Of a stretch of 64,000 nt of DNA, positions 9,768 through 19,588 are shown piece after piece (position 1 is the stretch's first letter; the number at the start of each line of letters is the position of its first letter). The notes beneath the pieces are model-generated. The model searched no databases, had not been told where the DNA came from, and was given only the letters and a program-made list of their open reading frames with translations. Source of the DNA: Spirochaetia bacterium (GTDB taxonomy: Bacteria > Spirochaetota > Spirochaetia > DSM-16054 > Sediminispirochaetaceae); assembly GCA_034520965.1 (NCBI GenBank), contig JAXHMY010000003.1:128001-192000 (forward strand). Direction: 5' to 3'. A program made the translations under genes and the position numbers.

Positions 9768-11666
9768 ATGGACTACTATGAGCCTCACAGCAGTTTATTT
9801 GTAGCTAACCCGGAACAAGATCCCTGGCCCGCCGGCCTTCCCTCCTTCGATGAGCTGACGGAAGCGGCCCGAACACTTATATTATCCGCCTCAGGCTGGA
9901 GAAAGGTATTTGCCGCCGATGGGGATGAGGAGAGTTTTACTAGCCAAGTAAAGGGCGCTGATAAGCTGATTGCCGCGGCTGCAGCGCTCAGTTTTGTTGA
10001 ATATCTTATTCGCCTGCATGGGCCTCATATAGTAATGTGGCTTGGCTGTGACAGCCGTCCCACCGGCTCGGCCTTGACGGATGTAATGCTGAGGGTTTTT
10101 ATTGCGCTTGATGTAAAGGTCAAGGCCGGCTTTATCACCGCCGCCCCGGAGCTAATGGCGGCAGTTAAACTTGATAAAGAAGCCCATGGCTTTGCCTATA
10201 TTTCCGCCAGCCATAATCCTGTCGGTCATAACGGAATGAAGTTCGGTACTGCCAACGGTGCTGTATTGGGAGGCAGCGGCTCAACAGAATTAATTGCCCA
10301 TTTTGAGTCTGCCCTATCTGAACCGCGCATCATTGAAAAGTTGGGTCGACTTTGCCGGCAGGCAGATACCGCAACCTATCAAGCTGTACTTCAGGCTATT
10401 CCGGAGAACAAGCATACCGCAGAACAAACTTACGCCCGTTTCACCCGCCAGGTTGTATCAGGCAGTGATAGTCCCGACCAACAGTCTGCTTTTTTTGATG
10501 CCTTGACAGATTCTTTAGGCCGCACTCCAATTGGAATTGTCGGTGAACTAAATGGAAGCGCTCGCAGTACTTCAATTGATAGAGACTTCCTGGGGGAGTC
10601 CGGTTTTACAGTTAAAATGTATAACGATACAGCCCGGAACATAGTACACTCCATAGTCCCTGAAGGAGCCGGACTTGATCCCTGCCGCGAACTACTCACC
10701 CGAGCACACGCCAAAAACCCCGCTTTTACCCTCGGCTATGTTCCCGATAACGATGGCGATCGGGGGAATCTGGTTTACATAAAAAGCCCCGGTCAGCAAG
10801 CCCAGCGGATTGCCGCCCAGGAGTTATTTGCATTGGTGGTCCTGGCCGAACTCTCCTATCAAAACCACCTTCAAAAGGAATCTTCCGCACAAGCAAAAGC
10901 GGTGGTGGTCAATGGTCCAACTTCTATGCGCATCGAGCGAATCGCAAAGGCCTTTGCTGCCGAGGTGTGGCGGGCCGAGGTTGGAGAGGCCAATGTTGTT
11001 ACTTTGGCCGAGCAGCTGAGAACAAAGGGATACCAGGTCCGTATTTTGGGTGAAGGATCCAACGGCGGCAACATTACTCATCCCTCAACCGTGCGGGATC
11101 CTCTTAGCACAATTTATTCAATTTCCAGGCTTCTGGCCTTCCGCGGCGAGGCCTCCAGCTTCAATCCATACGCACAATGGTGCCGCAGCCCAGAAAGTTC
11201 TGCAGTGTACAGTTCCGCTTTTAATCTTGGCCAGGTAATAGCTTCTCTGCCACCCTTTGTAACTACCAACGCCTACGAAGCTGAGGCAAAAATGCGAATA
11301 TCCACCCACGACCACGCCGCACTCAAGCGCCGTTGGGAATATGTTTTTTTGCAGGGATGGGAACAGTATAAAGATTTTCTGCGCACTGAATATGGTATCG
11401 TCAGCTGGCGGGAGGTAAACTACGAAGGTACCCAAGCCCGCACCGGTTTTGGCCCAAATTTTCGTAGCGGAAATGAAAAGGGCGGGTTCAAAATTACTTT
11501 TTCAAATGCTGCCGGTGAAGATACCGACTTTATTTGGATGCGCGGCTCTGGTACTGAACCGGTATTCAGAGTGATGGCGGATTCTTATGGGAATGACCAT
11601 CAGCGGCATGATTGGCTTCTGCAGTGGCATCGAGATATGATTGCGACGGCGGATAGCATCAAATAA
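9768..11666 (+). CDS. Alpha-D-phosphohexomutase (PGM/PMM family)
   Basis: SASHNP phosphoserine loop, PDNDGDR metal loop, GEGSNG, RGSGTEP. Confidence 0.85.
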   Translation: MDYYEPHSSLFVANPEQDPWPAGLPSFDELTEAARTLILSASGWRKVFAADGDEESFTSQVKGADKLIAAAAALSFVEYLIRLHGPHIVMWLGCDSRPTGSALTDVMLRVFIALDVKVKAGFITAAPELMAAVKLDKEAHGFAYISASHNPVGHNGMKFGTANGAVLGGSGSTELIAHFESALSEPRIIEKLGRLCRQADTATYQAVLQAIPENKHTAEQTYARFTRQVVSGSDSPDQQSAFFDALTDSLGRTPIGIVGELNGSARSTSIDRDFLGESGFTVKMYNDTARNIVHSIVPEGAGLDPCRELLTRAHAKNPAFTLGYVPDNDGDRGNLVYIKSPGQQAQRIAAQELFALVVLAELSYQNHLQKESSAQAKAVVVNGPTSMRIERIAKAFAAEVWRAEVGEANVVTLAEQLRTKGYQVRILGEGSNGGNITHPSTVRDPLSTIYSISRLLAFRGEASSFNPYAQWCRSPESSAVYSSAFNLGQVIASLPPFVTTNAYEAEAKMRISTHDHAALKRRWEYVFLQGWEQYKDFLRTEYGIVSWREVNYEGTQARTGFGPNFRSGNEKGGFKITFSNAAGEDTDFIWMRGSGTEPVFRVMADSYGNDHQRHDWLLQWHRDMIATADSIK

Positions 11667-11704
11667 ATTACTATTAAATACAACACACATGTAAGGAGGA
11701 AAAA

Positions 11705-12412
11705 ATGAGTGTACATATTGGGGCAAATCCAGGGGATGTCGCAGAAGTAGTTTTAATGCCCGGCGATCCACTGCGGGCGCAGTTTATTGCAGAGAACTAT
11801 CTCTCCAATCCCGTACAGTATAATAAGGTAAGAGGTATGTATGGTTTTACAGGAACCTATAAAGGCAGCCCGGTTTCTGTACAAGGTTCAGGAATGGGAA
11901 TTCCATCAATTGGAATTTACGCCCATGAGCTTATCAACGATTTTGGAGTAAAACGGCTGATGCGGATTGGCTCATGCGGATCTTTACAGAAACATGTGAA
12001 AATCCGTGACATCGTGTTTGGGATGGCCGCTTCCCACGACTCAGGTATAAACGACCGTCGTTTTCCCGACATGACCTATGCCCCCACCGCAGATTTTACT
12101 CTGCTTGAAACCGCAGTAAACTCGGCTCGCGGGAAGGGCTATCAATTTCATGTGGGCAACATACTCTCGACCGACACTTTTTACAATGATGACCCCGATC
12201 TATCAAAGCAGTGGGCGGCTTTCGGCGTTTTAGCTGTGGAGATGGAAGGGGCCGCACTCTACACTCTGGCATCAAAGTTTGGAGTACAGGCGCTTACCAT
12301 GCTGACGGTCAGCGACCATCTGGTAACCGGAGAGCAAACCACCAGTGAAGAGAGAGAAAAAACTTTTACTCAAATGATGGAAGTTGCCCTGGAGACCGCA
12401 GTATCGGAGTAA
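11705..12412 (+). CDS. deoD: Purine nucleoside phosphorylase (hexameric)
   Basis: VLMPGDPLRA, GMGIPS, RIGSCG, VEME, TVSDH; AAGGAGG RBS. Confidence 0.96.
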   Translation: MSVHIGANPGDVAEVVLMPGDPLRAQFIAENYLSNPVQYNKVRGMYGFTGTYKGSPVSVQGSGMGIPSIGIYAHELINDFGVKRLMRIGSCGSLQKHVKIRDIVFGMAASHDSGINDRRFPDMTYAPTADFTLLETAVNSARGKGYQFHVGNILSTDTFYNDDPDLSKQWAAFGVLAVEMEGAALYTLASKFGVQALTMLTVSDHLVTGEQTTSEEREKTFTQMMEVALETAVSE

Positions 12413-12430
12413 AATACACAAGATAAGAGC

Positions 12431-12473
12431 AAGCGGCGGCTTAACAAAATTTAAAGAGTTAATGCCGCCGCTT
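12431..12473. terminator. Hairpin between convergent deoD and mutY
   Basis: AAGCGGCGGCTTAAC...GTTAATGCCGCCGCTT. Confidence 0.65.
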
Positions 12474-13296
12474 ATGAACCAATACGGTAGGTTTCATTCT
12501 CCGCAGCAATAAACCCTTCCCTCTCCAAGTCAGACAGACAGTTGAGCACTCTGGATTCCTCAAAAGAATTCATCTCACCGTAAATAACATCCTTTGAAAG
12601 CGGGCCTTGATGGGTAATCAGACGCAGCAACGCACCGCGTATTTGGCGGTTCGAGTTTTCAAATGGAGCCTGACGGCGATAATGAGCGCTGCGCCGGTTG
12701 GGATTTATAACCGCATATTTAAGGTATACCCCATAGTCCATCAGTGCGTAATACCATTGCCTGGGATTCGATGCATCGAGCACCTGGGTCACCACGGCCA
12801 GAACATCGCTATCATGAACCCCCTCTTTGGAATCAAAAAAATGGTACAGCATCACACGACGGATGTTGGTCTCAATAAAAGCAACCGGTTTATTAAAAAT
12901 AAAGGCCTGCAAGGAGCCTGCGGTTGCCGGGCCGATCATCGGAAAGCTCAACAGAATATCCGGGTCATCGGGCAGCATATCGGAGTGGTTACGATGAACC
13001 AATTCCGCTATCCGCTTAAGTCCCAGAGCCCGGCGGTTGTAGCCCAGCCCTTGCCACAGACTCAGCACTTCAGCCAAGGGGGCTGTGGCTAATTCCGCAT
13101 ACCCCGGAAAACGCTCTAAAAAGGGATGGTATTTTTTAAGCACCCGCTCGGTCTGGGTTTGCTGCAGCATGAGTTCTGAAACAAGAATTTTGTAGGGGTC
13201 ATTAGTATCGCGCCAGGGAAAAGGCCGGCCGTACTCGTGGTAGTAATTCCATATACGTTGTTGAAAGCGGACTACCGCCTCTGTAGAAAGCTGCAT
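12472..13296 (-). CDS. mutY: A/G-specific adenine glycosylase (short HhH-GPD, no Fe-S cysteines)
   Basis: FPWR, VSELMLQQTQ, WQGLGYNRRA, IGPATA, ETNIRRV, ALMDYG. Confidence 0.85.
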   Translation of the reverse strand: MQLSTEAVVRFQQRIWNYYHEYGRPFPWRDTNDPYKILVSELMLQQTQTERVLKKYHPFLERFPGYAELATAPLAEVLSLWQGLGYNRRALGLKRIAELVHRNHSDMLPDDPDILLSFPMIGPATAGSLQAFIFNKPVAFIETNIRRVMLYHFFDSKEGVHDSDVLAVVTQVLDASNPRQWYYALMDYGVYLKYAVINPNRRSAHYRRQAPFENSNRQIRGALLRLITHQGPLSKDVIYGEMNSFEESRVLNCLSDLEREGFIAAENETYRIGS

Positions 13297-13314
13297 GCTG
13301 TGTTTATAAAGACT

Positions 13315-14376
13315 TTATAAAGCGGCCTTTTCCCGCCGTTTGCGGGCCTTCTCCGCACCGCGACTGATACGGTTCCACACTCCCGTAAGTCCCATCGCTT
13401 TTTTCATTTCCCTTAAGGTCTCTTTGGCCTCTTCACGGGCTGCCTGGGTTCCTTCAAAAATAACCTCTTCCACCAGCCCTGTCTGTGCCTGAAAGATGGA
13501 ACGTTGCTCACGTATTGGGGCCAAAAAGTCATTCAATGCCGCTATCAGTTTATCCTTTACCTCGACATCTCCAACCTTACCACTGCGGTAGCGAGTTTTA
13601 AGGTCCTCGACCTCGGATTTGTTCGGATTAAAAATATCGTGGTACATAAACACCGGGTTTCCCTCTACCTTGCCGGGCACATCGGCTCGCACACGGTTAG
13701 GGTCGGTGTACATACTGCGCACCTTCTTCTCAACCGTTTTGGCATCATCGGAAATATAGATGGCGTTGTTCAAAGATTTGGACATTTTCGCGCTTCCGTC
13801 GGTACCTACCAAAGTCGGAACTTCACCGATTCTTACATCCGGTATCGGAAAAACCTCCCCATAGAGGCTGTTAAAGCGACGGGCTATTTCACGGGTAAGC
13901 TCTACGTGTGACTCATTATCCTTGCCCACCGGTACCAGGTTAGCCCGGGGCATGAGAATATCGGCGGCCTGGAGTACCGGATACCCTAGCAAACCGAAGG
14001 GTATCTCATTCAGGTTCGCAGAGTTTGCCATATCCTTGATACTCGGCAGCCGTTGGAGCCTCGGCACCGTTACCAGCATCTCGAAAATAAGGTTCATTTC
14101 ATATATTTCGTGGACCGCCGACTGCAGATAGATCTTTGACTTTTGCGGGTCAATACCACAAGCTAAATAATCGAGTACCATCTCTTTTGAATTAGCGGTA
14201 ATACTCTCTATGTCCTCTTTGCTCGGTTTAGTAGTTAACATGTGTAAATCGGCGATAATAAAGAAACAATCGTACTGTTCCTGATACTTCACTCTATTAA
14301 AAATTGATCCGACATAGTGGCCCAAGTGCAGTTTACCGGTTGGCCTATCTCCGGTCAGTATTCGAGGTTTATCCAT
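13315..14376 (-). CDS. trpS: Tryptophan--tRNA ligase
   Basis: [29 protein letters not shown]; start placed at ATG 14376 (GGAG RBS). Confidence 0.96.
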   Translation of the reverse strand: MDKPRILTGDRPTGKLHLGHYVGSIFNRVKYQEQYDCFFIIADLHMLTTKPSKEDIESITANSKEMVLDYLACGIDPQKSKIYLQSAVHEIYEMNLIFEMLVTVPRLQRLPSIKDMANSANLNEIPFGLLGYPVLQAADILMPRANLVPVGKDNESHVELTREIARRFNSLYGEVFPIPDVRIGEVPTLVGTDGSAKMSKSLNNAIYISDDAKTVEKKVRSMYTDPNRVRADVPGKVEGNPVFMYHDIFNPNKSEVEDLKTRYRSGKVGDVEVKDKLIAALNDFLAPIREQRSIFQAQTGLVEEVIFEGTQAAREEAKETLREMKKAMGLTGVWNRISRGAEKARKRREKAAL

Positions 14377-14407
14377 TCTGGCACTCCATAAATTAAGGTA
14401 TCGCTTT

Positions 14408-14436
14408 ACTATATCGCGGCTTGAAAAAAGAGACAA
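14408..14436 (-). promoter_or_regulatory. Sigma-70-type promoter of trpS
   Basis: TTGTCT-N17-TATAGT. Confidence 0.5.
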
Positions 14437-14446
14437 CAGTTATGCG

Positions 14447-14588
14447 CAGCAATTCTCAATTTGGATAGTGTAATTACACTATCCAAATTGAAAATGCCTC
14501 CAAAAGTTAAGATATATAAAAATTTGGCAAAGAATTTGATGCGAATCTCAATTTGGAAGTCAGAAGACTTCCAAATTGAGAATCGCTG
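14447..14588. mobile_element. MITE-like palindromic element, copy 2 (most intact)
   Basis: 19-bp TIRs CAGCAATTCTCAATTTGGA / TCCAAATTGAGAATCGCTG (1 mismatch); perfect 9-bp TSD AGTTATGCG (14438-14446, 14589-14597); two internal hairpins. Confidence 0.85.
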
Positions 14589-14621
14589 AGTTATGCGGTT
14601 TATAACAGGAATTCTGAAGAG

Positions 14622-15692
14622 TTATTCCGACTTCTCTTCGAGGGGAGACGGACTTTTAGCCGCCTGAACATGCCCGCTTTCCATTAGGATTGCCAGAGGG
14701 CGCAGAGCCGGTATGTTTTCACAGGCTATTTGAAGGACAACTGTAATGGGAACCGACAAAAACATTCCCATTACCCCCCAAATCCATCCCCAGAAAATCA
14801 GTGAAAAAAGTATCAAGAGAGGACTAATGTTTAGTCGGCGTCCTTGCAGACGGGGATCGATAAAGTTTCCAATGGTAACTTGGGTGGCTATCATCGCAAT
14901 GGAAACCGCTGCAATTTTACCCATATCCGGGTAAAACTGCACCACTCCCATGGTTACCGTAATTACTACCAACATAAACGATCCGATAGAGGGGATAAAA
15001 TTCAGCAAAAACGCTAAAACTCCCCATACGATCGGAAAATCCAGACCGATTATAGACAGGAAAAACCACACCAGTATGCCGGTCGCTAGGCTGATAAAGA
15101 ACTTTAAGTTGATATACCGTCCCACCTGCTGATTGATGTGCTCGAGGATGCGGCCGATCCGTCTGCCCGTTTCCTCATTGAAGGCTCGGGCCAGTTTATG
15201 CTTAAGCAGGGGTTTTTCTAACAGGAGAAAAATCAAGAAAATAATTATTAAAACTAAGGAGCTGATAAAATTAATTAAAGAGCTTGAGATACTTACCAGA
15301 TAAGTGCGCAGCCTACCCTGCCAGTTAATGTCGGTGGTAAAATCAAAGGAGACTTCGAACCTCTCCATCACCATGGCTTCAATCTGTGCACTGATCTCCA
15401 TATAACGGGCGGCATACTTTGGATATTCCTGAATAAAGGAGTTTACACTTGCCTGCAAGAACAAATAGATCAGGAACATCGCCCCGAACAGCACCAGCAG
15501 CACCATTACTAGAGCAAGTATGCGCGGTACATGCAGTTTATCCAGCAGATTTATCAATGGTGCCAATATAAAAGAGAGAAATATTGCTATAATGAGGGGG
15601 AGCAAAATAGCGGAGGCAATTTTTAAGACCGCCCCCATCATAATTACGGCAATAACAGCTAAAAGCCCTGTTGAAACAGCAGATACTCGCAT
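14622..15692 (-). CDS. AI-2E family transporter
   Basis: Multi-TM; LLNFIPSIGS, GNFIDPRLQG..LNISP, GMFLSVP. Confidence 0.9.
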   Translation of the reverse strand: MRVSAVSTGLLAVIAVIMMGAVLKIASAILLPLIIAIFLSFILAPLINLLDKLHVPRILALVMVLLVLFGAMFLIYLFLQASVNSFIQEYPKYAARYMEISAQIEAMVMERFEVSFDFTTDINWQGRLRTYLVSISSSLINFISSLVLIIIFLIFLLLEKPLLKHKLARAFNEETGRRIGRILEHINQQVGRYINLKFFISLATGILVWFFLSIIGLDFPIVWGVLAFLLNFIPSIGSFMLVVITVTMGVVQFYPDMGKIAAVSIAMIATQVTIGNFIDPRLQGRRLNISPLLILFSLIFWGWIWGVMGMFLSVPITVVLQIACENIPALRPLAILMESGHVQAAKSPSPLEEKSE

Positions 15693-15733
15693 AGTGTGAT
15701 CATTTTAGCATTTTATCCAACTTAAGGGAACTC

Positions 15734-16699
15734 TTAGCGCTTTCCAAACACGCGGCTGATAAGACTCCCTCGCTCCTGCTGATCTTCATAATACGGTCCC
15801 AGGGACAGCAGACGATGTGAACGCTCCTTCAATAACTGAGAAGCTTTCTTATTAATTAAAATAGGCAGCTGCTGCGCCAAAACTTCCTGCATATAACGAG
15901 CGGTATTCTCGGCATCCTTATGAGCTCCGCCTTCACCCTCGGAAATAATGCCGTGGATAACTCCCAGCTCCAATAGGTCGCGGGAGGTCATGCGCATTAG
16001 TTCGGCGGCCAGTTTAGCCTTTGAAGAATCCCGCAGCAGAATAGAGGCACAGCCTTCTGGCGAAATTACCGAGTATACGGAATTTTCCAGCATAAAGACC
16101 CTGTCGCCTACTCCGATACCTAGGGCCCCTCCGGAACCGCCTTCTCCAATTACAATTACAATTATTGGAACCTGCAGCCGTGAGAACTCTTTAAGATTAC
16201 GGGCAATTGCTTCTCCAATTCCCTTCTCTTCTGCTGTAATCCCCGGGTACGCTCCCGGTGTGTCGATAAAGGTAATTATCGGACGACCGAAGGCCTCCGC
16301 CTCATGGGCCAGCCTCAAGGCCTTACGGTAGCCCCCCGGCTGAGCCATTCCGTAGTTGCGTTTCAGGTTGTCCTTAAGATTCCGCCCCTTTTGCTGGGCC
16401 AGCACGGTCACAGGAATCCCCTCAAAAAAACCGATCCCCCCTATTAACGCGGCATCGTCTCCACCCTGTCGATCTCCGTGCATCTCAAGAAAATTATCAA
16501 ACACCCTGTCTATATAATCCAGAGCGGTGGGGCGCTCAGGATGGCGCGCAAGGGTAACCTTATCCCAGGCACTGGTTCCGCTTTCCCCGCCGTAGAGCTT
16601 ATGTTCTATCTTGGACAGATCCTCGTATACATGCATATGCTCTTCAGAGGCCATCTTTTTAAGTTCTTTCAGTTTTTTCTGAAAATTAAATTCAGGCAT
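15734..16699 (-). CDS. accA: Acetyl-CoA carboxylase carboxyltransferase alpha
   Basis: ARHPERP, IDTPGAYPG, GEGGSGGAL, YSVISPEGCASIL. Confidence 0.96.
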   Translation of the reverse strand: MPEFNFQKKLKELKKMASEEHMHVYEDLSKIEHKLYGGESGTSAWDKVTLARHPERPTALDYIDRVFDNFLEMHGDRQGGDDAALIGGIGFFEGIPVTVLAQQKGRNLKDNLKRNYGMAQPGGYRKALRLAHEAEAFGRPIITFIDTPGAYPGITAEEKGIGEAIARNLKEFSRLQVPIIVIVIGEGGSGGALGIGVGDRVFMLENSVYSVISPEGCASILLRDSSKAKLAAELMRMTSRDLLELGVIHGIISEGEGGAHKDAENTARYMQEVLAQQLPILINKKASQLLKERSHRLLSLGPYYEDQQERGSLISRVFGKR

Positions 16700-16702
16700 A
16701 GA

Positions 16703-17611
16703 CTATCTCGCCTCCCGGTGCGGTATATGGGCGTCGATTAGAAAAGAGAGCGTAGATTTCAATTGCTTCCGATCAACGATAGTATCTACAAAGCCCTTCT
16801 CCTGCTGAAATTCCGACCGCTGAAAGCCTTCTGGAAGTTTCTGCTTAATAGTCGATTCTATTACCCGCGGACCGGCAAAACCTATCAGCGCTCCCGGTTC
16901 GGCTAAAATTACGTTCCCCAGCATCGCAAAGGAGGCGGTAACCCCGCCGGTAGTCGGATGGGTAAGCACTACAAAAAACGGCAGTCCCTGCTCTTGCAGC
17001 AGGGCAATTGCATGACTGGTTTTTGCCATTTGCATAAGGGAGTATATGCCCTCCTGCATTCTGGCGCCTCCGGATGCTGTAAACAGCACTACCGGCAGCT
17101 TCTTTTCGGCCCCTTTGAGCAGCAGCCGAGTTACTTTTTCTCCTACAGCCACCCCCATACTGCCCCCCATAAAGGCAAAAGACATCACCCCCAGGGCCGC
17201 GGGTCGGCCCTCTATAAGGCAAGTACCAATGCTCACAGCTTCGTTTTGTCCGGACTTCTGCTGTGCCTTTTCAAGTTTTTCCCGGTACCCGGGAAACTCA
17301 ATCGGGTCCACCGACCGAATGCTCGCATCAAATTGCTTGAAGCTCCCCGGGTCAGCAACTGAAGAGATCCGCTCCTTCAAAGTCAGCTGAAAATGGTGGT
17401 TACAGCCGGGACAGACATACATATTCTCTTTTAAGATTTTATCATCAATATGACGATGGCAGAGCGGACAGGCGTGTTTATCCTCTATATAAGCCAGCTC
17501 GCTTTTCTTCTGCCCCGTTCGTGTCTTTTTTACACCACTGCTGCGCCAGGGCACACGACTTTCTGCCGGTGACCTTCCCGCACTAGGTTTAAATTTGTCA
17601 AGTATTCCCAT
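16703..17611 (-). CDS. accD: Acetyl-CoA carboxylase carboxyltransferase beta
   Basis: Cys4 Zn finger, FMGGSMG, SGGARMQEG, PTTGGVTASFA, GFAGPRVI. Confidence 0.96.
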   Translation of the reverse strand: MGILDKFKPSAGRSPAESRVPWRSSGVKKTRTGQKKSELAYIEDKHACPLCHRHIDDKILKENMYVCPGCNHHFQLTLKERISSVADPGSFKQFDASIRSVDPIEFPGYREKLEKAQQKSGQNEAVSIGTCLIEGRPAALGVMSFAFMGGSMGVAVGEKVTRLLLKGAEKKLPVVLFTASGGARMQEGIYSLMQMAKTSHAIALLQEQGLPFFVVLTHPTTGGVTASFAMLGNVILAEPGALIGFAGPRVIESTIKQKLPEGFQRSEFQQEKGFVDTIVDRKQLKSTLSFLIDAHIPHREAR

Positions 17612-17614
17612 ACG

Positions 17615-18931
17615 TTACTCCTCAAGAATTCGGGAGAGACCGAAGGTTCCAAAGATTCCTCTCTGGAACAGGGTGCTGTTTAGTATTTTTTTCTGCACCT
17701 CAATATTGGTGTCGATGCCTTCAATTACATATTCATCGAGGGCTCGCTTCATTCGTGCAATTGCGCTCCGGCGATCACGTCCATAGGTTATCAGCTTGGA
17801 GACCAGTGAATCATAATGCGGAGAAACCGTATAACCTTGATACAGGAAGGAATCTACCCGTACATTACGCCCCCCCGGCTGCAGGTATCGGGTAATCTTC
17901 CCGGGAGTTGCAGCGTTAATCCGACACTCAATTGAGGCCCCTTCCAGCCGCACATCCTCCTGACGAATATCCATTGCCTCCCCGCTGCAGCCGCGAATCT
18001 GTTCCTTAATGATATCTACGTTGCTGATATATTCTGAAACCGGATGCTCAACCTGTACCCGAGCGTTTACTTCCATAAAATAATAGTTCTCGCCATCAAA
18101 CAAAAATTCAATTGTTCCGGCACCCTTATATCCAATTTTTTTAAATAGATTTACCGCATCCGAACACATCCGTTCTCTTATTTGCGGATCGATACCCGGT
18201 GAGGGACTCTCCTCTAAAACCTTTTGATGGTTCTTCTGTAATGAACAATCCCTTTCACCAAGATGAATTACGTTTCCATAGGTGTCTGCTAAAATCTGCA
18301 CTTCAATATGACGGGGATTCTCAAGATACTTCTCTATGTAAATGGTTCCGTCGGAAAATGAGGTCTCCGCCTCGTGGGTTGCAATCCGCATGGCCGTTTC
18401 AAGCTCCGACTCTTCACGTACAATTCGCATCCCCTTTCCGCCGCCTCCTGATGCGGCTTTGATAATAACCGGATAGCCCGCCTTTTCGGCAAAGGCGACG
18501 GCGGTTTCAAGGTCGCCTACCGGCCCATCACTTCCCGGTGTCACCGGCATGCCCGCATCCAAAGCAGTCCGCCTGGCCTGAACCTTGTCTCCAAGAAAAG
18601 AGATTGTCTCGGCGTCCGGACCGATAAACACTAAGCCCGCATCCTGCACCTGCTGCGCAAACTGTGCGCTCTCCGACAAAAAGCCTACTCCCGGATGAAT
18701 AGCGTCGCAGTCGGCGTACAAGGCGGCGGATATCAAGTTTGCACTATGTAGATAACTCTTCTTGGCCTCCGCCGGGCCGATGCATACGGCCTTATCGGCT
18801 AACTCAACGGCCAGAGACACCCGGTCGGCTTCTGAATAGCCTACCACCGCCTCTATTCCCATCTCTTTCAGTGTTCTCACTATTCTCACGGCAATTTCAC
18901 CGCGATTTGCTATAAATACCGATTTTACCAT
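17615..18931 (-). CDS. accC: Biotin carboxylase
   Basis: ANRGEIAVR, GGGGKGMR, ERDCSLQ, EVNARVQVEHPVSE. Confidence 0.96.
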   Translation of the reverse strand: MVKSVFIANRGEIAVRIVRTLKEMGIEAVVGYSEADRVSLAVELADKAVCIGPAEAKKSYLHSANLISAALYADCDAIHPGVGFLSESAQFAQQVQDAGLVFIGPDAETISFLGDKVQARRTALDAGMPVTPGSDGPVGDLETAVAFAEKAGYPVIIKAASGGGGKGMRIVREESELETAMRIATHEAETSFSDGTIYIEKYLENPRHIEVQILADTYGNVIHLGERDCSLQKNHQKVLEESPSPGIDPQIRERMCSDAVNLFKKIGYKGAGTIEFLFDGENYYFMEVNARVQVEHPVSEYISNVDIIKEQIRGCSGEAMDIRQEDVRLEGASIECRINAATPGKITRYLQPGGRNVRVDSFLYQGYTVSPHYDSLVSKLITYGRDRRSAIARMKRALDEYVIEGIDTNIEVQKKILNSTLFQRGIFGTFGLSRILEE

Positions 18932-18932
18932 G

Positions 18933-19388
18933 CTACAGCTTCTCTACCTCAAACAGGGGAGACCCGTATTCTATCATCTGCTGGTTTTCGACTAAAATCC
19001 GCTTTATCCGGCAGTCAAACTCCGCTTCAAGCTCGTTCATCACTTTCATTGCCTCGATGATGCAGATGGTATCACCCTTGCTTACCTCATCGCCCTCTTC
19101 TACATACGGTGGAGAATCCGGTGATGGAGTCCGATAAAAGGTTCCCACAATGGGAGCAGTGATGAACTCATGGCTCTCATCGGGTGTTTCCGCAGATGAG
19201 CTCTGTTCCATATGGCCGTCCATGGCTGCAGCAGCAGGTGCTGCCACATGGTGGGGTGCAGCTACAGGCTGCACAACTGCTCCGGCTTTTTTCAGGCTGA
19301 GTTCAAACTCGCCGTCTTTTATATACATTTCTGCAAGAGAACTTGTATCAAGTTTTTCAATCAATTCAATTATCTCACTCTTTTTCAT
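18933..19388 (-). CDS. accB: Biotin carboxyl carrier protein
   Basis: EAMKVMNE biotinylation motif; Ala/Pro linker; GGAGG RBS. Confidence 0.96.
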   Translation of the reverse strand: MKKSEIIELIEKLDTSSLAEMYIKDGEFELSLKKAGAVVQPVAAPHHVAAPAAAAMDGHMEQSSSAETPDESHEFITAPIVGTFYRTPSPDSPPYVEEGDEVSKGDTICIIEAMKVMNELEAEFDCRIKRILVENQQMIEYGSPLFEVEKL

Positions 19389-19443
19389 GGTTCCTCCAGG
19401 TTTCAAGGGTCGCTCAAAATTTTCAGCGAAATTAGCACATTAG

Positions 19444-19464
19444 ATTTCGGCCGTCAACCGAAAT
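19444..19464. promoter_or_regulatory. Putative operator overlapping accB -35 box
   Basis: ATTTCGG-CCGTCAA-CCGAAAT inverted repeat; minus strand reads TTGACG-N17-TAATTT. Confidence 0.6.
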
Positions 19465-19588
19465 GTAATGCTTTTATCTCTTTTTTTCTACCCTTTACGA
19501 CGAAACTTCTTTTTCATCCTCTTGACGACTTTGAAAAAGTATGGCGTTGTGTGTATCTTTGTATATGACCACTCAAATAGGAGGATTT

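Noticed and set aside
14447..14588. T-box or attenuator upstream of trpS
   Set aside because: No T-box motif; the structure lies upstream of the predicted promoter and has TIRs/TSD plus a homolog at an unrelated locus
3650..14588. CRISPR repeats
   Set aside because: Palindromes are dispersed, not regularly spaced with unique spacers; no cas genes
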